From: Paramoeba atlantica
Taxonomy: Eukaryota > Protista > Discosea
Assembly (NCBI GenBank): GCA_977017575.1
Contig: CDRNVI010000011.1
Span: forward strand, 249,308 to 313,307
Direction: 5' to 3'
Length of the DNA: 64,000 nucleotides
The stretch's first letter is position 1, and every line of letters starts with the position of its first letter. The notes below the pieces were generated by a model. The model saw only the letters and a list, made by a program, of their open reading frames with translations. It did not search any database and was not told the DNA's origin. Of this stretch, positions 57,104 to 64,000 are shown piece after piece. The translations under genes and the position numbers were made by a program.

Positions 57104-59653
57104 GAACAATCCGGCGAATTTCAGAACAATCCGGCCCTTTCAGAACAATCCGGCGAATAGTTCTTATGTGACTAGGAAAGTGCAAGAGACGTTGTGAAGA
57201 AGATGCTCAGTATTGCAACATTGAACGTGACCACTTCAAAGCCGAAGAAGAGAGAGAGAAGAAAAGTAGTTTTTTAAGGACGCAGCTAATCAACGACGAT
57301 ACGGCTTGCATAAATTATGGGATGATTTTTCATAGTCGTTGCGCACAGACATACGCAGTAGTACACATGAGGGGCTGCGGGTCGCGAGGTTTCACCGAGG
57401 TTTCGCATGCACAATAATTTTGTAGGGGTGATCACCGGAAAATATTGATTATCTATGCCTTATTTTAGCGAAGTGTTCTTTTGATTTATGTACACATCCA
57501 TGTATACTGTACCCCAGTTATCAGTCACCCCTCCCCGCCCCCTATTTATCAGCCACTATTTGGCACTTCGTTTTTTTTTCGTCGACCACCCCCCCTAGTT
57601 ATCTGTCACATTTTAAAAATAGTAATTTTAAAAATCCAGGCATAAAGGGGCGAGGGAGATACCAAGCAACAGACACACCCTGGAGTAAGTGGCTTGAAAG
57701 TTACAATAGCCCACTTACAAGGTTGTAAGTTACAATTTTAACTTACAGCCTTGTAAGTAAATTTCAGGACATGTAAGTAAGAAATAATTCCTTAACATTT
57801 AGCAAATTGGGTAAATTGGTGGCGCATTCAAGAGCAACGAAAGGCATGTTCACATAAAATGGGGCAATGATGATGGATATGACACCTATTTTCAATATTC
57901 AGGACAAAACAAGAAGACGCATATGTCTTTGTGTAAGACGTTAGTAAGCACAAGTAAGCAAGTTAGTGAAGTAGTATGTGAATTAATGCAACGGCTATCC
58001 TTTTTCATTCGTTTATGTACTCGCTGGTTGCCTGGCTAAGTTAAAGGAGTGCTCTGTTCGATCATGCAGGAAGTGATTTCAATAATAATGTAACGGTCTA
58101 GTAAAAGTATATAAAGATATATTGTAAAAAACAACGTCGTGCGATCGCTTTTCTTTCATGGTACACGTATTTTAAGATAAAAAACGTGAATTCGAATACC
58201 TAGAGAGGGTTTACGTAACACTAAGTAAAACCACAGAAAAACTTAGATACGACGTATAAAAAACGTTGCTGTGGACGGGAAAAGCTCGGGAAGGTGAGGT
58301 GCGCTATACCCCAACACTGTCGTAGAATGCCCCTGACCTCCGGCCACGTTCGTGTCCGCCAAAATATATTGCAATAACAATCTTGAAAAGAGATATCATG
58401 CTGTATTCGGAACAGAACAATAATCGCATAGTATTTAATTTAAGGACTTATTCCTCGACGTCAAAGTCTTTATATATCCCCCACAAAAAACTTAGTAAGG
58501 TTTCCTCTGATGAACATTTGGGTAGCAATCATGTCGGAATCTAAGCATGACTGTCTGGGGTCATACTTCCACCCCATTATGGATAAAAGAGAACCGCAAG
58601 CAGTTACAATGGGAGGCACCAAGTAGTGTCTAGCTGCTTCGTATATAGCAGGGAACTTATCGCAACCAAGTCTCCGACCATTTCCACGCAGTGGTATGTT
58701 GCTCAGGGTGCCACTCATAATTTTGGCATGTTATGTAGTCTGACCACTCCCCGGCGCTGATTCGAAATAAGGGCTCACCGCTATGGAAAAGATCGTTTGC
58801 TTCGTTTGGAAAAGATCGTTTGGACAACCTGATTGTCCGAGGTATGTTCGTTAACTTGATCATCCAGTGCCGTACATCTGTTCTTATGTTGGGTATATGT
58901 TTGAATACACTTGCTGTGAAATATGGTAAAACACAGGTTGCACACTGCGTGACGCCTCTGATTCGCAGGGTCTTTTAAATATGTGCCGGCTTCGGATCTA
59001 CGATCCAATTCCTTTTTACATGATTTTGATTTAACGTCATCGGTAAACGAGCAAAGCTCATAGGAGAAAAAATTGTGCAGCTTCCCATGTTTTAGAGGGT
59101 CTTTCACGTTTCCGATGTGTGTTTTAGACTTCGTAGTGTTCCTGGTTGGGGTGAGCTCCGAGGACAGTGCAGCTTGAGACCGCGACTCAAGCAACGAGCC
59201 GGAGAGATCCTGAGAAATTAGTCTCCGCGCCTGAGAAGCACTTGGTGTTGCCGGTGACGCTTTTGAATTTGCCATTTCCTGCGATTCAGTTTGGTTGTCG
59301 GACGACCGCTTAGTTCTGGAACGTGTACTTGCCTTGCCTGGGCTCATAAGGATAAGGTATAACAGTTGAAGACTTGACAAAAAACTAGTTTATTGCAATA
59401 GCATCTTTGAATCAGGGTTCGCAGAAACTATAATATAGTAAAATATAGTTTTTTTCATTGAATATAGTTACTATATAGTACTATATTTACTATATTTTAC
59501 TATAAAACTATAAGAAAACTATAAAGTTTTTTTCACTTTACAAGTGATATTTTTTGAGTCCTCTCCGCTTGTGAAGGACATACACACGCCTCTACATGCG
59601 TTCTTACACGCTTACATACGTATGATATGACAAGAAATTCTGAAAAAAATGTA

Positions 59654-59820
59654 ACCCAAGCTAAAGTGGACGAGGAAGGTTCTAAAAGCACATTTAAACC
59701 ACCATAAAAATGGAAGGGTATGTCCCTTAAAGATTCCTTTACAAACCGGGAGATATCATTCTATTTTTGTGGTGGTTTAAAGGTGCTTTTAGAACCTCCC
59801 TCGTCCACTTTATCCTGGGT
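59654..59820. mobile_element. Fold-back MITE in a palindromic ATG-TA-CAT target
   Basis: TA|ACCCAAGCTAAAGTGGACGAGG...CCTCGTCCACTTTATCCTGGGT|TA. Confidence 0.7.
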
Positions 59821-60733
59821 TACATAGCTATCGAAACATGCTCCCTCTTCCCCGCGATTCCATCACCGCCGAAAAATATCATCAACTAGTGTGTCATCTC
59901 CTCGGAAATGGCAATGAAACGCATGCGAAAGGAGTGACGATAGGAAGTACAAACTCTCCACTCGACAACACACCGCGTAATTTATTCAGACTCATATGAT
60001 TGTATTTATTCCTTCATATGATTGTATTTATTCAAACTCATAGAATTGTGAGCAGCAGTTATTCAGTCCCAAGACATAACGTCGGTGGCTCCAGCCAAAG
60101 CGCGGCGACAGCGATGCAGTGAGAAGATGTTCGGGACGCAAGATTCGCACAAGGCAATCTGTCAAGGCCACGCGATGGGACTGGGGTACGTCCCCTCCTG
60201 ACACAAGTTACGTTCAACCGCTTGTTTACTTCCCTCCGTGTACAGCAGTTCAATAAAATAATCTTTGCAGAAACTACCCCTCGTAACTTTAATTTCGGGC
60301 ATCAATTTTCGGGTTTAAAAATAAGAAAAATCGTACACAAATGAATTCGCCGTGTATTTATGGCGTGTTGGTGAGCTTCGGAGTGCCTAAAATGTGAAAC
60401 AAAAAAATATAGTTTTTTATAGTTTTCGAAAAAAGTTTATAGTAACTACAGTCAGCAAAAAAACCGTTCGAATGTTTCGGTTTTTTTTTCTTTTGTATAG
60501 AGCTATTGATTAAATATCACCGTTGCGCTGATAATGTGTGCTAGTAGTGTAGGCATGAGTGTCACCTAATAGTACCCGTAGATAGTTCACCTCAGTTCGT
60601 TCTACCAAAGAAATAAGAATGAATATAAAAAAGTTTAGCATTCGAAAGGTTTTTTTGCTACCTATTATAGAGAAAATCTTGTCCCAAAAAATAGATGAAA
60701 CGTAATCGCCCAAGAGAGATTATGCCCCTAAAA

Positions 60734-61744
60734 TTAGTATTTAGTATTCCCCCCACGAGCCTTCAGCACTGCCTTCATACGGGCAGGCATACTGTCCACC
60801 TGGGCACGACATACTGAGGGTGGTATGTTCGCCCATTCCATTTTTACCCTCTCCCACAACTCTCGGACCCCGCTTGGTGGATCATCGTGCGCTGCAAGGC
60901 GCCGCTTGAGTTCCCCCCAAACGTTTTCGATTGGATTTAAGTCAGGGGACTGCGGGGGCCACCGCATGACTTCAAACCCGGTACCCCGGAGGTGCCGTTG
61001 CGCACAATGGCTTGTGTGCTTGGGGTCATTATCTTGTTGGAAGATGACCATTGGGGGGTCTAGACCCATAGTTTCGATGGAGGGGGCAAGATTCTCTTCA
61101 AGAATCTCGACGTACTGTGTGGCGTTCAGGTTCCCTTGAACTAGACGCACATGCCCCACACCGCTTCGGGACATGCACGCCCAAATCATGATGTGCCCCC
61201 CTCCGTACTTTACCGTGGGAATTACCCCTTTTTCACCCAGTTCCTCCCCCGGGGTCCCCCATGTCCAAAGACTTCCCCCCGTTTCAAAGCGCGAGATCTT
61301 CGTCTCGTCCGACCATACAACTGGAGCCCAGTCGTGCACTGTCCAGTGCTCATGGGCCGTGGCAAAGTCCATCCGAAGCTTGCGATGGCGCTTGGACAGG
61401 TAGGGCTTGCGGACACGCTTTCTACCTTTGTGTCCGAAGCGGTGCATCGAAACTCGGATAGACTGAGGAACAACATCAGCAACGCCCTCGCGGCGCAGCT
61501 GAGATGATACCTCTCGCGCAGAATTTCCGGAGAACACAAGTCGTCGCACACGGCGTGTGCACGGCTCGGAAAGCTTTCGAGGGCGTCCACCCTGCATCCT
61601 GAGAGTATCAGGCCTTTCTTTTTTTAAGATCATAGAAATTGTTGAGATACTTAAATTTACAGTATCAGAGATGGACCTCATAGACACACCGCTGTCGTAG
61701 AGCTCTGCAATTTGTTTCTTTACGTAACGTGGTGTGGGCCTCAT
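60734..61744 (-). CDS. Tc1 DD34E transposase, copy 1 (336 aa)
   Basis: GRPRKL, WSDETK, QQDNDPKH and WPPQSPDLNPIENVW; 34 residues between the second D and the E. Confidence 0.95.
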   Translation of the reverse strand: MRPTPRYVKKQIAELYDSGVSMRSISDTVNLSISTISMILKKERPDTLRMQGGRPRKLSEPCTRRVRRLVFSGNSAREVSSQLRREGVADVVPQSIRVSMHRFGHKGRKRVRKPYLSKRHRKLRMDFATAHEHWTVHDWAPVVWSDETKISRFETGGSLWTWGTPGEELGEKGVIPTVKYGGGHIMIWACMSRSGVGHVRLVQGNLNATQYVEILEENLAPSIETMGLDPPMVIFQQDNDPKHTSHCAQRHLRGTGFEVMRWPPQSPDLNPIENVWGELKRRLAAHDDPPSGVRELWERVKMEWANIPPSVCRAQVDSMPARMKAVLKARGGNTKY

Positions 61745-61841
61745 AGAAAATAAGAATTTTAGGTAAGAAGAATTTTAGGTTATAGAGTTTATCTTACACT
61801 ATTACATTGTTTATCTTACACTGTTACATTTTGCACTCTAT

Positions 61842-62852
61842 ATGAGGCCCACACCACGTTACGTAAAGAAACAAATTGCAGAGCTCTACGACAGCGGTGT
61901 GTCTATGAGGTCCATCTCTGATACTGTAAATTTAAGTATCTCAACAATTTCTATGATCTTAAAAAAAGAAAGGCCTGATACTCTCAGGATGCAGGGTGGA
62001 CGCCCTCGAAAGCTTTCCGAGCCGTGCACACGCCGTGTGCGACGACTTGTGTTCTCCGGAAATTCTGCGCGAGAGGTATCATCTCAGCTGCGCCGCGAGG
62101 GCGTTGCTGATGTTGTTCCTCAGTCTATCCGAGTTTCGATGCACCGCTTCGGACACAAAGGTAGAAAGCGTGTCCGCAAGCCCTACCTGTCCAAGCGCCA
62201 TCGCAAGCTTCGGATGGACTTTGCCACGGCCCATGAGCACTGGACAGTGCACGACTGGGCTCCAGTTGTATGGTCGGACGAGACGAAGATCTCGCGCTTT
62301 GAAACGGGGGGAAGTCTTTGGACATGGGGGACCCCGGGGGAGGAACTGGGTGAAAAAGGGGTAATTCCCACGGTAAAGTACGGAGGGGGGCACATCATGA
62401 TTTGGGCGTGCATGTCCCGAAGCGGTGTGGGGCATGTGCGTCTAGTTCAAGGGAACCTGAACGCCACACAGTACGTCGAGATTCTTGAAGAGAATCTTGC
62501 CCCCTCCATCGAAACTATGGGTCTAGACCCCCCAATGGTCATCTTCCAACAAGATAATGACCCCAAGCACACAAGCCATTGTGCGCAACGGCACCTCCGG
62601 GGTACCGGGTTTGAAGTCATGCGGTGGCCCCCGCAGTCCCCTGACTTAAATCCAATCGAAAACGTTTGGGGGGAACTCAAGCGGCGCCTTGCAGCGCACG
62701 ATGATCCACCAAGCGGGGTCCGAGAGTTGTGGGAGAGGGTAAAAATGGAATGGGCGAACATACCACCCTCAGTATGTCGTGCCCAGGTGGACAGTATGCC
62801 TGCCCGTATGAAGGCAGTGCTGAAGGCTCGTGGGGGGAATACTAAATACTAA
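61842..62852 (+). CDS. Tc1 DD34E transposase, copy 2 (336 aa, identical translation)
   Basis: Same motifs; translation identical to copy 1 in the ORF track. Confidence 0.95.
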   Translation: MRPTPRYVKKQIAELYDSGVSMRSISDTVNLSISTISMILKKERPDTLRMQGGRPRKLSEPCTRRVRRLVFSGNSAREVSSQLRREGVADVVPQSIRVSMHRFGHKGRKRVRKPYLSKRHRKLRMDFATAHEHWTVHDWAPVVWSDETKISRFETGGSLWTWGTPGEELGEKGVIPTVKYGGGHIMIWACMSRSGVGHVRLVQGNLNATQYVEILEENLAPSIETMGLDPPMVIFQQDNDPKHTSHCAQRHLRGTGFEVMRWPPQSPDLNPIENVWGELKRRLAAHDDPPSGVRELWERVKMEWANIPPSVCRAQVDSMPARMKAVLKARGGNTKY

Positions 62853-64000
62853 TTTTAGGGGCATAATCTCTCTTGGGCGATTACGTTTCATCTATTTTTT
62901 GGGACAAGATTTTCTCTATAATAGGTAGCAAAAAAACCTTTCGAATGCTAAACTTTTTTATATTCATTCTTATTTCTTTGGTAGAACGAACTGAGGTGAA
63001 CTATCTACGGGTACTATTAGGTGACACTCATGCCTACACTACTAGCACACATTATCAGCGCAACGGTGATATTTAATCAATAGCTCTATACAAAAGAAAA
63101 AAAACCGAAACATTCGAACGGTTTTTTTGCTGACTGTATATAGTACTATATTGATAGTTTTATAGTTTCTGCGAACCCTGTCTTTGATTACTTTCATCTA
63201 CACTAAGTTTAATGAAACAAAAAAAATACATTATACTACATTGTAGGTTGTAAGTTGTAACTTACAAGCCACTTACTCCGGGGTGTGAACAGATGTAGCA
63301 GATTCCCACTGAAAAGAAGTCGTATCTCCTGCACGAGAAATGTATACCTATGCACTTGCTAGCTCGGAGTCAACCTCGTGCAGGGAAATACGTTTTCTTT
63401 TCAGTGGGAATCTGCTACATCTGTTGCTTGGTATCTCCCTCGCCCCTTTATGCCTGGATTATACAAAAACACTTTCGTCGTATCAATCAGAAAATTCGTG
63501 GACCTCATGGCGGCTACGGTTGACAAAACAATGCCAATCTTCTTCTAAAAAGTGGCTTCTGAAGGCTTCTGAAAAAATGGCCATCGGGCCATCCCCTGGA
63601 AAAGTGGCCAGCTGGCCACTCCCGGAAAAGTGGCTAGCTGACTCTTTTTTCACGTCTTCTGACCCTTTTGAAAAATAAAAGATGCGGTGCAGATTGCATT
63701 GGTTTTCATGTATGGATCATTGGGCGTGAATCATCAGTATGAATATGCCACATACATTAATGTAGATCTCTTAAAAATTTCAATGAAGAGAACCAAAGCC
63801 TGTGTAGTCGTGGTTGTGGCGTTGTTGAAACGATTTTTGAAAGACGTTAAAATGAATTTATCCAGCACTGAGTATTGCTGTATTTCTATTCTGTTTGCTG
63901 AGTTGTTGGACGACAAACACTTGAGAATGGCTTTGAGGGATTTTAGCTGAGTTTCGCGAGGTTTCACCGAGGTTTCAACAAGGTTTCACCGAAGTTTCAC

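Larger units (their letters stand above)
60449..63136. mobile_element. Palindromic Tc1 element with two head-to-head transposase genes
   Basis: TA|CAGTCAGC...GCTGACTG|TA termini; arms 60449-61745 and 61841-63136. Confidence 0.93.
59413..63180. mobile_element. Non-autonomous element with CAGGG termini (hAT-like)
   Basis: Perfect 20-bp TIR CAGGGTTCGCAGAAACTATA; flanks TCTTTGAAT / TCTTTGATT; subterminal CTATA repeats. Confidence 0.7.
57674..63287 (-). mobile_element. Degenerate hAT-like element, CAC...GTG termini, 6-bp TSD, BED-finger ORF 58781-59380
   Basis: 23-bp TIR CACACCCYGGAGTAAGTGGCTTG and AACAGA duplicated. AVCNLC...QHKNRC is BED-like, and downstream frames contain LSIMGW. Confidence 0.6.
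57634..63459. mobile_element. Fold-back MITE (~206 bp when empty), outermost shell of a nest
   Basis: ATCCAGGCATAAAGGGGCGAGGGAGATACCAAGCAACAGA and its reverse complement at 63420-63459. Confidence 0.75.

Noticed and set aside
60510-63076. Secondary ORFs overlapping the Tc1 arms (67-122 aa)
   Set aside because: They are alternative-frame or antisense shadows of the transposase; useful only as evidence of arm identity.
60449-63136. The Tc1 palindrome as a simple fold-back assembly artefact
   Set aside because: Not favoured: the mirror stops exactly at TA|CAGT termini, the flanks are non-mirrored halves of one host element, and the spacer is asymmetric. Read-level proof is still needed.
1-64000. 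Spliced-leader RNA genes, rRNA, telomeric repeats, TnpB/Fanzor or Helitron Rep-helicase ORFs
   Set aside because: No matching motifs were seen by eye on either strand.

Overview
This is eukaryotic nuclear DNA, most likely a kinetoplastid-lineage protist such as a Perkinsela-like organism. That assignment is inferred from intron-less ORFs in long same-strand clusters, a trypanosomatid-style eL20/RPL18a, a kinetoplastid-type mitochondrial IF3 candidate and short LRR genes. A + strand cluster (1.8-13.3 kb: LRR, Naa35, proteasome alpha-3, alpha-SNAP, LRR) and a - strand cluster (44.3-56.1 kb: HAD phosphatase, multi-Myb protein, mtIF3-like, kinesin, RPL18a, lipoate ligase, two hypotheticals) converge on a ~31-kb zone made mostly of transposable elements. 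That zone holds decayed APE-RT-RNase H non-LTR retrotransposons, two tRNA-headed SINE families that share a central block, pogo-like DDE transposons and many MITEs. The most striking object is a 2688-bp Tc1 element (60449-63136) that is one giant palindrome. It carries two intact, identically translating DD34E transposase genes head-to-head around a 97-bp spacer, sits in a single duplicated TA, and lies at the core of a four-level nest of TIR elements. All calls come from manual motif reading; no database searches were run.
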